Shown here: piece by piece, positions 24,601 to 39,600 of the stretch
How positions within the stretch are numbered: position 1 is the stretch's first letter
Layout: each line of letters starts with the position of its first letter
Assembly (NCBI GenBank): GCA_051294905.1
Contig: CM119375.1
Coordinates: forward strand, 3,720,001-3,784,000
Source: Botryllus schlosseri
Lineage: Eukaryota
DNA: 64,000 bases
Reading direction: 5' to 3'
Translations under genes and position numbers: made by a program
Notes under the pieces: generated by a model
Databases searched by the model: none
Told to the model about the DNA's origin: nothing
Seen by the model: only the letters and a program-made list of their open reading frames with translations

Positions 24601-27600
24601 CAGCTCCGAAATATCTAGCCGGCCATCGATCGGCCCTGGCTTGCCAACGACTGCGACTTTTACGTCACAGGATTTTCTTCCAGCAGAATTGGAGGCGGAT
24701 ATGTTATATTCACCTGTCATTGATAACATATTGATATTGAGATATTCAAACACGCCTTTCTAGGTACATAACTTACCAATTATATAAAATAATAACTTCG
24801 AAGCTATTGCTTCCTGTAATCTTTAATTTTATAAGTACAAGAAATTTTACCTGCATCTTCTCGTCTTGTTTGCTTTATCACCATGATATTGGCAGTGGGC
24901 GTGCTTTCGAATGCAATTCTAGTGTCTTCCTTCACGGCAACACCATCCGTTGCCCAAACACATTCAGGCTTTGGAATTCCAGCAACAGGCAATATCAGTT
25001 TTGCCGGAACGCCTTCCTTCACCGTGAACGTTTTGTTTTGCAATTTCGACAGGTCAAAAGTCGGAGGTTCAATCTGAAAGAGTAGCGTTTAAAATGATGC
25101 TGACGCGATTTTTGAAATTGTGAAAATTTCGGATTCGCAAAAATGCCTGGACGGTCGGTAATCTCAGAATTATGAATGAAAAGCTGTAGACAATTTCGTG
25201 GGATTGACAGTGAAATTTGAAATATTAGAAAAAAAATTATTGTAAATTCAGAATTTTCAAACTCCTGCGCGTTCACATTTACCAGTTGGAATTGAGTCAA
25301 ATTTGATGTGCGGCGTTTTTTTTAGGCAACCCAACTGTTTAATCAATGAATTCACAGAATCAGGAAAGAAAAGTAATTTTTGAACAGCCTTAACCGGCAT
25401 ATACTTGAAATTGATGTTCAATATTACGTATAACAATGAACCATCCCAGTATTTACGAGAAATTCTTGATGACGTATCTTACCAGATCCTTCGCAACAAA
25501 ATGTCTCTCTCTCGGTTGTCCGACGCCGGCTTCATTTTTAGCCGATACGCGCACCGTATACTCTTCATTTTCTTTCAACCCATTGATCTAACGCAAGTGA
25601 GCAATTTAGAATAGGTAACAAAAGCAGAGGATTTTATTTTGTCACCTTATGAGTGGCGGTTTTGACTTCGCCGTCAATTTTCCATTCGTCTTTGTTTTTC
25701 GGCGTGATTTCAACTAGATATCCTGAAATTCTAGATCCTCCATCAAAACTGGGTTTTTCCCAAGACAAGTTGACTGAAGATTTGTTGGTGTCGGAGACAT
25801 CCAATTTTTGAACAGGCCCTGGTTCTTTAGTGATCTTCACTGGTTCGGGTGTCTCTACCGGTACTCCGATGCCGAATTCGTTTTCAGCCATGACTCTGCA
25901 ACGATATTCATGCAGTGAAGTCTTAATAACTTTACCGCTATACAATTGAATAGTATATTCGGATTGAAGTCAAAGTGAGTACTTTCGACTGACACTCGTC
26001 AGGGGTAATCCTCAGCAACTAGTAGAGAATTGGAAAAAACATTGTACATCAACAACTGTATCACAAAATATGATGTCACTGGAATGAAATTTCAAATAAT
26101 CGGGGAGAAGAGAGCGCTTAAGCTTATGTACTATTTTTATATGGTACACAAATTCTTTCTGTAGGTACAGGCTTGGTTGACGTATTTTGATAAAAATCTA
26201 CTCCAAGGCAACAAAACGATAGTGTGAACAGCGTCTCCCGACAATACGAAATCAGACGTGATGAACTAGGATAAATAATGAAATCGTAACAGAATTTGTT
26301 AGTTACAAGCATATTTTCTGGAATTGTATGGCAAAAATGTAACTAAAATACGCATTCGAATTTTTATTCACAAGAACCTATCTCTTTTTCTCATCAGAAT
26401 ATTAATCTGAAATTGCATACTAAATAAAATAACTTTCTCCAAATTACAATCCTCCACTGATCGTGTGCATTATTCCTATCAGAATATGCTATCAATTAGA
26501 AATTCTCATGGGATATCAAAGTAATTATCTGATCTGCATGCAATGAGAAGATTACTTTATCCTGATTTCAATCCTGGACCTCATCGTGTGAATCATTTTT
26601 ACCAGAATTTACTATTTACAAGAATTTTGTCATAATATAACAATATATATTTGTATTTGGATACCAAAACGGACAAATTTTTCTTGTCGCCAATCTTTAA
26701 ATAGATGGTGTGGATAAATCTTACCAGAATTAGCTGTCTACAAGCACTTTAGTCATAGTATCAAAATAATTATCCCAGTTTGCGTACTAGAGAAGACAAC
26801 TTTTCTGAATTTGTATAACAAAAACGACTATTTACTAGTGTGTCAATTAGGCTTATTAGACTTTTCTCATAATGTCAGGACAATCCACAGAATTTGCATA
26901 CCGGAAAAGATAACTTTTTCCGGCTTCCAATCCTTGAACATTGTACGACGTTCTAGTACATTGCGTCGCGACGGTGGACCAGGCTTTCATAGTACTTTCT
27001 TTCTTTTCAACTATGTAATTGGTAATCAAAGCCCCGCCATCGTTGACCGGCTGGTCCCAAGTGATAGCCGCCGATTCCAAGGTCACTTCTTTTATGCTTA
27101 TCAGACCGGGCGGTCCCGGTGAATCTTGGACACGTACAGTCACGGTGGCAGTCTTTTTTCCGCTGGAATTTTCCATTTCAAGGACATACTTCCCTGTCGT
27201 CAAATGCAAAATGTGGTGAAACAATTGTAATAAACATAATATATATATTTATTTGAAGAGATTCTTGGAGGTACAGAACTTCAATATACAATTGAATAAT
27301 TGCAGTCACGTTGAAAGAAGCCTCAATATGTTCAGTAGGGCTCTTCAAAAATTACCTTTTTTCTCAAATCGTACTCGCTACTGGATAAAATTGTTAGGTT
27401 TCCTAATTTAAGCCTACACACAAAATTTGGTTCAATTCCAACCAGTAGCCGCATTGCTACAGGAGAAGAAAGTTTCTATTTATTATATAATAATTAATAT
27501 CAAAAAATTTGAAAATTTTCTGTTCACCACATGAAACTGTTAGGTTGTCTATAGAAACGATGTTCACCAGATTTCGTTCAATTCCAACCAGTGGAAGCGG

Positions 27601-30600
27601 AGTTATTGCTGACGAAAAATTTTGATTTGAATAAAATAGTATTTACGGTGAGCACAACTATAATAAATGAACAAAGAATCGGTCACCGTAAATACTATTT
27701 TATTCAAATCAAAATTTTTCGACGGCAATAACTCCGCTTCCACTGCTTGGAATTGAACCAAATTTGGCGAACATCCTTCCTATAGACAACGTAACACATT
27801 CATGGGGCGAACAGAACATTATCAATTTTTTTATTATTTATTTTCATATAATAAATCGAAACTTTCTTCTCCTGTAGCAATGCGGCTACTGGTTGGAATT
27901 GAACCAAATTTTGTGTGTAGGCCTAAATTAGGTAGCCTAACAATTTTAGTAGCCAGCAGGATTTGAGAAAAAAAGTCATTTTTGAAGAACCCTAATGTTC
28001 AGCTGACAAGCCTCAATATGTTCGGCTGACACTTGTTACGGGTAATCGTCAGCAAATAGCATAGAATTCAAAAGAACCAAGTATATAAATAGTTGTATCC
28101 CCAAACATGATATCATATGCATAAAAATTTGCCTTGATTATTGGTATTTGTGACATCATGTCTGGTGATATGACAGGTGATTGAAATGGTTATTTTCTAT
28201 TCTCTATAAGTGGATGACGATTATCCCTGACAATATTCGGGTGTATTTTAATGTTAAACAATGAGTTAAACAATGGTACCTGTGTCATCACGATTGCAGT
28301 TTGGTATCACCAACAACGTGTCCCAGTCTGAGGTTTTGATTTCGGTCCTGGACATTTCAAGCTCTCCGTCTTGTTTAGACCAACTTATTTGGGGTATCGG
28401 TCTTCCCTTTATCGTACAGTATAATCTTATTGAGTTTCCGGCACGAACCCAAACCGTTTTTGTCAAGGTTGCATCCAATTCGTATGAAGGCATTTCTGTG
28501 TATTGTACAAATATAGCATAATTTCAATAATATTCAAATAAAGTAATGCTAGATTACCAAGAATATCCTTTGGTGTGACATGTTCCGGCACACTGCTAGG
28601 CTCCGACTCGCCAATTTTATTCACTGCTTTGACTCTGAAATCGTAACTTTTACCCTCTTGCAGACCTGTGATGTTGTAACGCGTTGCTGTAATCGTTGTG
28701 ACTTTGTGGTATCTGTCTGGCTTGTCAGGATTGTTCATTTCGACGATATATCCTGTAATCGGACTGCCTCCGTCGTAAGCAGGTTTGCTCCAAGCTAATT
28801 CGACAGAACTTTTAGTCGTGTCGACTGCTTTTGGAAACCCGGGCGGTGCTGGTGGATCTACAAGAAACTTGTGTTCATGAAAAGTCACAAATACGTTATT
28901 ATTAATATACATGTAGGATCGACAGCTGTAGCCGGGTTTGAAGACTGGCTGGGTTGTCCCATTCCGGCCGCGTTTTCGGCGATGACTCGAAATTCATATT
29001 CGCTGCCTTCCGTCAGTCCGGTGACCTTTAGAGTACGGTCTAATACTGGACGCCTTGAAAAGAATTGGGATATTTAAAGGTCATAATGTCCAATGACGTC
29101 ATAATTTCATACATTTGTGCACAATTGCAAGTAGAAGATTACAGTAGGATTACTATACAATTATTCCTCCCTTCGCCCAAATGTTCTTCTTTGATGCAAT
29201 TATAGTTTATAATACCAAAAATGACCACGGATTACACAAAATGTGGGCTGAAGTGACGAGACAGATATTTCTGGAGTCGAGTTTGAAAATTGACTGTTTT
29301 TAAGTCAAGTTGCCTAATATAAGCTACAAACGGGTATTTCGGGAGTCGAGTTGGAAAAATGACCTTTTTATTGTCAAATCAATGACATTAGCTGTATAAA
29401 TTCGAAAACCACATGTTTTCTCGTCCGCAATAGTAACTTTTGGAGCCTGTGAAAAGTGTCCTAGTTTGTGAATCTCAATATATGGCGACTTTTCAAATCA
29501 CCAATGAACTATTGAAAAATCTCTAATAACACTATAAATATGTGTAATTTTAAACCTGTTTTCAGTTACAGGGAGAAGAGAGCTATATTGCACAGACAAT
29601 TTGATGCACAAAAGTGATACAAACTTATCCACAAACTACTTTTAGCTTTAGAAAATATAAAGTGTACGAGGTTATGGTTTTATCTAAAAAATTGCCGGCA
29701 GAACTAGCTAAAAAACACTTCAGCGAGCAGTAGAAGTAACCACGTAAAAGGGAGAAATATTCCGTCACTAAACATGACTGCTTCTGATAATGCATAGCAT
29801 CAGTGATACCTGTTGACTTTATTCCATTGCACGGCTTTTGTTTCTCTCTTTTCCAAATAATATCCCGTGATAGGCTTCCCACCATCATTTTCCGGTGATT
29901 TCCAAGTCACCGTCATATGCTCCTTTGTAGCATTAGTGACGACGGGCGCATCTGCAGCTTTTGGCTCAGCTGAACATCAATGTTTTGCACAGTGAATTGC
30001 AGACAATCTCGGAAAGTATATATAGCTTACCGAATGGATTTTTAGCAGTAACTGGCTCTGTGATCAACGAGGCTCCGACGCCATACTTGTTTTCAGCTGA
30101 TATGCGGAATTCATACTCGTGATCTTTCACTAATCTTGTGACGGCCAACTGAGTCCCGATTACGTTAGAATTGACTAATGTCCACGTAGCTCTAGATGTC
30201 TCTCGTCTATAACATGAGAGAGAGAGAAAAAAGTTTAAACGTAGAATTCAGATTTCACATGATAGATAAAATATTGATTGGACAGAGTATGCGAAATACA
30301 GTTCATGAATGAAATATGATATAAAATGCATGTTTGTAGATATATATATATATACAGACATAATGTATATGTTCACTTGTTGTGAGATGGAACTGTAGCC
30401 AAGAGATCTGGTATCATGCTATTAGGTGTCATTGGATCTATATTGAGTACATTGAAATTATAACATTAAATACTGAATATGACATAATAACGTGAGTACT
30501 GTTACTGAAAAGTCAAATTATGTAGGAAATATTATTAATAATATCTAGATCAACACACACATATAAGTTGGTTGGAGCTACACACTGAGCAATGACTATT

Positions 30601-33600
30601 TAGTACATACATGGCATAATGAGTGAAGCATCAATATATAAAATATGAAATGATCGTATCAAAATCGAAATGTAATATTTCAACAGAAATCACTACCTTT
30701 CAACGACATAACTGGTAACTGGCGATCCACCATCATACAAAGGCGGGTTCCAAGATAGCTTCAGTTTGTCAGCAAGAACATTTGTGAATTTGGTCGGTTT
30801 TTCAGGGGCGCTCGGCACGTCGAGTACCTTGCATTTAACAGTTACAGTTGTGGTACCACTGGGATTTTCGAGAGTGAGAGCATAGCTTCCGGAATCCTCT
30901 CTCTTCGCAGATCTTAAAAGCAAACAGCTGAAGCTAAATTCTCAAACATGGAATCACATTGTTGCAACATACTTGATCGAAATCTGAGTATTGTTAAGGG
31001 AGGATTCAACTCTTGCGGAACCATCCCGCGACGATGTGTATTCCTCTCCGTCTTTCGTCCATTTTATGGTCGGTTTAGGTTTGCCGAAAATAGTTGCGTC
31101 TATGAGAATGTCCTGACCGGCACGAACCTCAACACCGTTCTTGCATTTGGTTCCGAGCTCGATGCGTGGTGATTCTGTATCAGGAAAATCGATATCGGCA
31201 CAACGTTACATTAATATTGCAACAAAGATTATGTGTATATTGTGAAATTTATTCCGCTCGAAGTTTTTGACTGACTCTTAAAATATGGTTACCATATTTT
31301 GAGATCATGAAGAGCAGACACTTTTTACAAATCACAACTTATAATATCGAACGGGAAAACAGCGAATTTGAAAATTTGCACTGGAAATACAGTAGTTTCA
31401 TTAAAAAAATCGTCATTTTGCCAACATTGAAATGAACTCCCGGAAGGCCCGCTCTAATGAAATATAGGTTGTGGTAGACCTTTTCTTCAGTCATCCTTGC
31501 CTTCACCACCGCCGAATTCCGGATTTCGCCTCATTGATAGTGTTTTTTTAGTTGGTATGGTAACCCTACTTAACAGGGGCAAACATCAAAAACTGTGGTC
31601 AACTTAATTAGAAGTATAGAAAAAATTTTGCCGTTATGACGTAATATTGACAAGTATAAAGACTCGCGAACGGTATATCATAACCAATATCATCAATATT
31701 TCATAAATTACAGAATTCCAATTGCACCACATATTTTTTATGATTTCCGTCCTTTTAGCAGATGCCATATGCACGATTTTGCATTGAAACAATATCTCTA
31801 CGCTTGTAGCTAAAATATAATGTGAGATATATTCTCTAATCTATAATAATACTCGCCTATAGCCTGTCTCAGTAAGACAGCGTCGGTTTCTTCTGAAGGC
31901 AGTGAAGTCACGGTTGTCGTTTTCGCGTAAACCCTGAAGCAATATCGCTCTCCTTCTTCCACATCTGTGACAGTGGCGAAAGGATCGTCTGTTCTCGTAG
32001 ACACCGCAACGGTCCATTTGGATTCTGGTAGTTTCTGCTTCTCCACCGTATATCCTATGATCCTGTTACCCCCATTTTTCAGTGGTGGCGTCCACTTCAG
32101 TTCTACCGATGTATTGGTAACGTCGATAACGTCTGGCTTGCCTGGTGGATCTGTGAATTGACCGGGAAATATTGTTTATGAGAAACGTATGATTTATGAA
32201 GTACGTATTAAACCAAGTTTATTTAATTGTGCACTGATTCTAAAAGTCACACTTACCACATGGATCTCTTGCAGTTTTTGGTTCAGTGACATCGGAATAT
32301 GGTCCGTAACCAGCCGTGTTGCTGGCCCGGACACGGTAAGTATATTCAAGTCCTTCTACGATGCCGTTGTCAATGTATTCGGTACGTTTGGTAAGATTCT
32401 GTCAAAAAACAAATAATCAATGTACAGAACATTGTACAATGTATATACTGTACATGATTGGTGTTCGACTCCAAAAAATTGGTATGAATTTGATAAAATC
32501 GATGTGAGAGTAGTTGAAAATACCGAAATTTCAACTTGTGTATATATACAATAATATACAAAAACAATTTTACAGATGATAACCAGGTTCAATTCTATAT
32601 GTAATACCCTTGTTTAATCACAAGCTATCTCCCAAAGCACTCAAACATAATCATTGAAGTATAATAATCTCATAAATATTAATTGCAGATCCGACATATG
32701 TGATGCATTACATTGCAAATTTAGCATCATACAAATTCCAACAGGATAAAACACGGTACCTTATTCACAGCAGTCCATAGTAGGCTGTTAGTTTCCTTAC
32801 GCTCCAAGCTGTACCCTTCAATTTTATTGCCACCATCAGATTCTGGCTGTTCCCATGCCAGTGTTGCAGATTCACGGCCGATTTCTTTCAATATCAAGTT
32901 CCTTGGCGCACAGGGCACATCTTAACCATAAGATTAAGGTCATATTGATCACGGCAGGAACAAATTGCAAAAACAGTCTTACCGAAAGGATAGCTAGCTT
33001 TTACTAAGTCAGATGACAAGACGTCGCTCACACCACACTTGTTTTCAGCTCGAATTCGGAAAACGTACTCGAAATCTTTGCTCAACTTGGAAACGCGGAG
33101 AGAAGTTCGGGAAACGGTGTTGCTTAGAGTCTTTGATAGATATTATGTGACAATATTATATCACGAAACATTTTCAAATATCACTCCTTACCCGGAAGCC
33201 GGGATGTTCTGCTTCTGACATTTCAACAATGTAGTTACTGACCGGGCAGCCACCATCGTCTGTTGGTGCTTGCCATAGTAATGTTAACGAATCAACGTTA
33301 ATGTCTTTGAATTCTACGGGCCCCATTGGCGCAGTAGGTCGATCTGTATGGGTAGAGATGGTCAATGTAGTTACTGATGATACTGACGTAGACGTAATGT
33401 CTTAAAATTCTACCAAAGTAAGAGTAGAAGTAGCAATTAAGAAGTAAATAAAGGGAATATTACAGACTTACTTTTGCGTATGCAACTCAAGTAGAAGTTG
33501 CAATTTTCAAGCAACTAATAGGGAAATATTCAAAGTCTAGTGTTGCTTGCTAAATTTTCAATACTAACAAATCAAACACCACAAGAGACTCAAAGTTAGT

Positions 33601-36600
33601 TACTAGGTAAATGTAGGAAAATGGTGGCATTACCTAGAACTTCAACTTTGGTCACCGCCTCTGTTTTTCCATTATTATTCTCCGCTTTCAAGACGTATTG
33701 ACCAGAGTCTGATCTCTGTGCCTTTGCGGTCGTCAGCAATGTTGTGTCACCCGATTTTTCTATCTTGGTTCTTTCGTTGTCGAAGATTTCCTTCTCGTCT
33801 TTAAGCCAGAATGTGATGGGATGCGGCTTTCCTGATATTAAACCTTCGATGACCAGTTTTTCTTCTGCCTTGATTTTGATTTCTTTGGGAAGTTTTGCAG
33901 TCGGCGGCTCTGAAATAATGGCATAGATTTGCATTGTGCGTATATAAAATATTCTACTAGACACGGTGGAAGTTAATACATGAATTTGAATTTCGTACCG
34001 GCTGGTTCTCTGACTTCGATAACGTCCGTTTCTCTTGGCGGCCCTTCCAATTCTTCATTAGTTGCCTTGATCCTGAACTGGTATTTCTTGTCAGTTACGA
34101 GTTGCACGACTTTGACTTGAGTTTCCACTACCGAACGGAAAAGCGTCCAATTCGACATCCCTTCGCCCTTAGTAATGCGACAAAATTAATAGCATTTGAC
34201 ATATGCTATAAAATTATCAACGTCACCCTTACTTGATATTCGACTAGGTATCCGGTGATGCGACTGCCACCGGTCTGATCAGGAGCAAGCCAAGAAAGAC
34301 TAACTGAAGATTTTCCAACATCTGTGACACGAAGTCTGTTGACCGGACCAGGTTCCGCTGAAAAACATTTTCATTGGCATTCAATGATACTGTATTCACT
34401 GCAAGCATCTTTTCCATTTTATTTCGTTATAATTGGACACCTACAATATCTATAGAACTAGGAGTTACAATTCACATAGAAAACACTGGAAATCAGTTCT
34501 GAATAAACATTGATGATTTGTTAATCAAACTTAAGAAAGCTTTACAGATGTGCTGCAGTGTTATCTCTGGATTTCTTCAACAGAAACACATAATTGGCCG
34601 ATTTCTCTAAAGGACTTTACAACGTGCATGACAAAATATATCACCAGCGGAGGTAACAAATAAAGTGAATACACTCCCACAAACCACTCCAGAATGATAC
34701 CTTGGCGCTTGAAATTAACAGACCTCATATCTGACATATCAATTTCACCTACCTAACCATACCTGTTCATTTTCATTAATAAACCTTTTATCTCATCTTA
34801 TGTTATATTTAATTTAGAGTACATGACTCCTATGTTTATTAGGGGTGTTCAAAAATGCCTTTTTTTCTCAAGTGAAAGCGGAGTTATCGCCGTCGAAAAA
34901 TTTGGATTTGAATAAAATAGTATTTACGGTGGGCACACCTATAATAAATAATTACAGAATTGGCCACCGCAAATACTATTTTATTGATAATCAAAATTTT
35001 TCGACGGCAAAAACTCCGCTTCCACTGGTTGGAATTGATCCAGATTTGGCGAACATTATTCCGTAGACAACGTAACACTTTCATGGGGTGAACAGAAAAT
35101 TTTGATGTTTTTGTTTATTTCTGTTTATGTAATAAATAAAAACTTTCTTCTCCTGTAGCAATGCGGCAACAGGTTGGAATTGAAGCAAATTTGGTGTGTA
35201 GGTTTAAATTAGGTAACCTAACAATTTTATCAAGTAGCCAGTACAATTTGAGAAAAAAAGTCATTTATGAACACCCCTATATATGTTCTAAGCCGTGGTG
35301 GGTGTCTGATTGATAGAATACAACAACAACTTGACATTATTTTGATACAAGATTCCTAATTAAAAACTCCACATCTGATATTGAGCTCCCATTATCTCAC
35401 TTATCGGATCCTTTGCTCTGACAGGCTTCAAGGTCTCAGCAGGCATGCCAATTCCGTAGTTATTTTCAGCCAAAACGCGGAAGTAATAATCCTTTCCGTC
35501 CACAAGCTTCAGCACCCTGAACGCCGTTTTCGAACAAGTCGTGGTGGCAGTTGACCATGTTTTCTTGTCCGCCTCTCGTTTTTCGACGATATAATTATGC
35601 ACGGGAGATCCTCCATCGTTATCGGGAGGTGACCAGGACACTTGTGCCGAATTGGCTGTGATATCCTTCACGATAATGTTAGACACAGAACCTGGCGAAT
35701 CTGAAAATGACAAACGGAAAGCTGAAGTCACATATCTCACAGATAGACCATCTATTGTTTCAATATCAAATTTGTTAATATACCCTTGCAGGTACAGAAC
35801 TTCAATATATAATTGAAAATAATATAGTCCTATTGAAACGAAACCAACTGATTTTGATTAACACTGGTCCCTAGCTTATAATCATTACCCAAACGAGTTT
35901 CAGTCTGAAATATTTGTGTTTATTTCAATATAAACTTATTATTCAACTGTATATTGAGCTCCTATGCCTACAAGAATCTCTTCAATGGATTGGCTCATAA
36001 AAAAACATAAATTTGTATAGGGTTTATGATATGACCTGTAAAGTTCTTACTACCATTATTGCAGTTTCTGTATTTACAAAGCAGATAGTTTACAAACCAT
36101 ATGTGAAAACGTGGAAGAAGAAACAACAAATATATAATGTAACAGCAGTTGAGGAAATATGCTGACCGTAATAATGTAAAACTGGACGCAGTAACAAATC
36201 ACAAACCCAGAATTTTGACGTTGATGTTGACGGATTTCGACCCTTTAGCGTTGCTCAGTGTCAATGTATATTTTCCGGAATCATCCCTGCTTGTGTCTGG
36301 TACAGTCACGGTGGTCGTGACATCCTTGGTTTCAATATCCGCACGCCTTGACAGGGGCTCACCCTGAGAATCATAGAAAGATTTGTAAAAATTATGACTA
36401 TGACGTAATTCGATTTTGAATCCGGACCTGTTTCGTCCATGAGACCTTGGGCTTTGGTCTGCCTGATACTGTTGCGAATAAGCGTAGAGATAGTCCTGCT
36501 TTTAGCTCAATATTTTTCCTCATTTCAGCGTCGAGTTCTACGTCGGGTTCTTCCAGTATCTCTTTGGGCTGTGCAGCACCGGGGACCTGTAGTAGCAGGA

Positions 36601-39600
36601 ATTTTTGACTTAAAAACAATTTGAAGTGATGAAACGTAAGTTAAGTCACTGTTTGATTAGAATTAGAAGAGTTTGAATTGTATTTCGACTATGGCCAGGG
36701 GCGGTTAGCAGCAAAGTATTTCAACTTGTTTGTATTACTACAGGTACATTTGGCATCATTCAAACATGAACAGATTACCTCCGCATATGCACCAGTTCCG
36801 ACATTGTTAATGGCCGCAACCTTGAAAACGTATGACTTTTCTGCCCTCAGCCCGGTGACAGTAAACTCGTGATTGTGAACGTTACTCTTGCACCAATCCT
36901 CTTTGCCTTCGACACTGTGTTCCAATATATATCCTATGATTGGGGAACCACCGTCGAAAGCCGGAGCACGCCATTGCACAGAAATTGATGATCTGAAAAA
37001 GAGAGAGAATTGTTTTTAGTCAACCGTGCATAACAGTAACGTATATACAAAATTGCAATTGGATGAAATGTGACATATAGATATGCAAAGGTAATGTCGG
37101 AAGGCTTGATATAATAGCATCATCAAAGCATAGTGGAAGTATTTTCACTTTTGAAAGTCAAGGAAGGCATTTGAGGGCTTGTACCTGGTTGAATCGACAA
37201 CTCTTGGATTGGAAGGTGGTCCTGGTACTTCCACCATTTCTTTTGCAAGCACTGGTTTGGACGGCTCGCTTGGTTCACCCACGCCGATTTCATTCTCAGC
37301 TTTTACACGGAATCGATACTCGGATCCTTCCGTCAGCCCGGTGACATGTAACCTTGAAAAGACAAGATCAAACATTCGAGGACCCTTCATTTACTAAAAA
37401 CGATTTTTTTATAATGAAAAAAGCCCAATAATCACAAATTTTCCTACTTTAAATTAGTCAATTGAGCTTTATGAATTCACACTGCATGTGCAGATATGTA
37501 TTTATTTCCTAAGAAAAACTTATTTGGATTAGAAGCTTTTTCCCCTGAAATTTACGGTGATTAGAATCTACAAAGAGCACCCAGAAGAATTATCACTGAA
37601 AAATTCGACCACGAGAATTTTTGCCTAAACTTGTTCACAAAATCACGGGAACACGGTAAAAGTGAAAATATTTCGGTTATTTCTCACCGAATTTACCCAA
37701 CGTTATGATATTTAGTGAAGCACCTTGTGTCTAAATTTCAGAACGATTGCTTCACCAGTTTCAAAGATATGGGGGTATGACTGATTTTTCAATTGGAGGA
37801 GTAGGCTCGCCAATCGCAATTACTAAAGCAAAGCAAGGTTCCCACACTTACCTTCGATCAGTTACTATTTTGGTATTACAGGGCGACCATCGGACTCCCC
37901 GTTTTTCCTGCTTTTCGAGCCAGTATCCTTGAATATCTCGTCCGCCATCAGTGCGAGGCGCGGACCACGTAACCATCGCGTTATCTTTTCCGACTTTAGT
38001 GATCTCAGGCTTCTCCGGCGCACACGGTTTACCTTGACATTAAAGTAACACTATATTAATGACACGATCAATGTCATTGTATGGGATGGTCTCTTTCATT
38101 TGAAAGTGTTAGAATCAAAAAAAAATTCAGACAAAGTTTCTGAAAACATTAAAGACCTTAAAGAGTTTCTGTATAACTTACAAATCTCCTATTAGTTATT
38201 GTGTTATTGTGTTTCAGATATATCCCATCACATATTTTATACTTCAAAGTCTGAAGGATATTCGAGGAAGTACAGAACTTCAGTTTTGGATCGAATCATA
38301 TATTTCGATTGAAATAAACCACACTATTTTTGGCTGACTCTCGTCAGAGCTAATGGTCAGCAATTAGTAGAGAATTGAAACCAACAATGGTGATTACTTA
38401 GGCAGAAAATTCTCTGATTTGATTTCAATACTTCATCGTTTGTTGTTTCCATTGTTGCAATTCCAATTTCATGGTTTGTAATTCTGATAGCTACGACATA
38501 CTTTGTCATATTTCGTTTTTACTCTTGAATCTGTATGAATCCCTTTAGTGTGCCGATAACTGTTGATAAATCACACTCGAAAAGTCTTCAAATTTCAAAT
38601 ATGTAATCTTGAAATGGATGTTGTAATGAAAGCAATAAAATATCGGATTATAGGTATCATACCATACGGGCTCTTTGCGACAATCGGTACTGATTCGATT
38701 GCCTGGCCTACTCCCATTTTATTCTCGGCTTTCACACGAAATACGTATTCGTTTCCCTCTATGAGGCGAGGCACTTGCAGAACGCATGCAGTCACAGACG
38801 ACGAAACCACAGACCAAACCTGTAAAGGAAGTTAGCAATGGAAGCACAATTCTAAAATTATAAACATGAAGATAAAATCACCATCTTGCTTGTCACTGCC
38901 TTTTCCAACACATAATTTGTGACGTCGCATCCACCATTATCCTGGGGCGGCTCCCAGGTAACGGTACATTTATCTTTTTGAATTGAGACAATGTTCAGGG
39001 GACCCTTACAAGGACCAGGTTTGTCTAAACATAAACATATGTCACGGTAAAGAAGATAAGACAACTGTGTCTTCGTCGTACCAAGAACGTTGACTTTTGC
39101 TGAAGCTTCCGCTTTTCCGCATTTATTCACAGCAGTGAGCACGTATGTTCCTACATCGCTGCGTGTTGCGTTCTTAATGGTAATTTTGGTGGAGCCCTCT
39201 TCTGTTTTGATGCTAGATCTGGCCGCTTTGAACAGGTCGTCTCCGTTCCATGACCATTTGATATCTGGAGATGGTTTTCCAATAACCTGTAAATTCAAAG
39301 CAGAAAGCTATTACCCCTAGCTTACAAAGTAGTTTGAATTCTCCACTAGTCGCTGAGTATTACAGCGGACAAGTGCCAGCTGAAAATATATTTGGGTGTA
39401 TTCTGTCACACATAAAATCTGATGAAGGAATGTTGTGTGTAGATCAGTTTCAAAACATATATATCAAGACATAATCAGCTATCTAGTAACAGAACTTTAC
39501 GACAGACAACACTTTAAACATACCTAGTGCCTACAATGAGAAACATAGAAAAGTCGTTCATGCTCAACAATATGGTATTTGTGTGGAATATAAATATATA

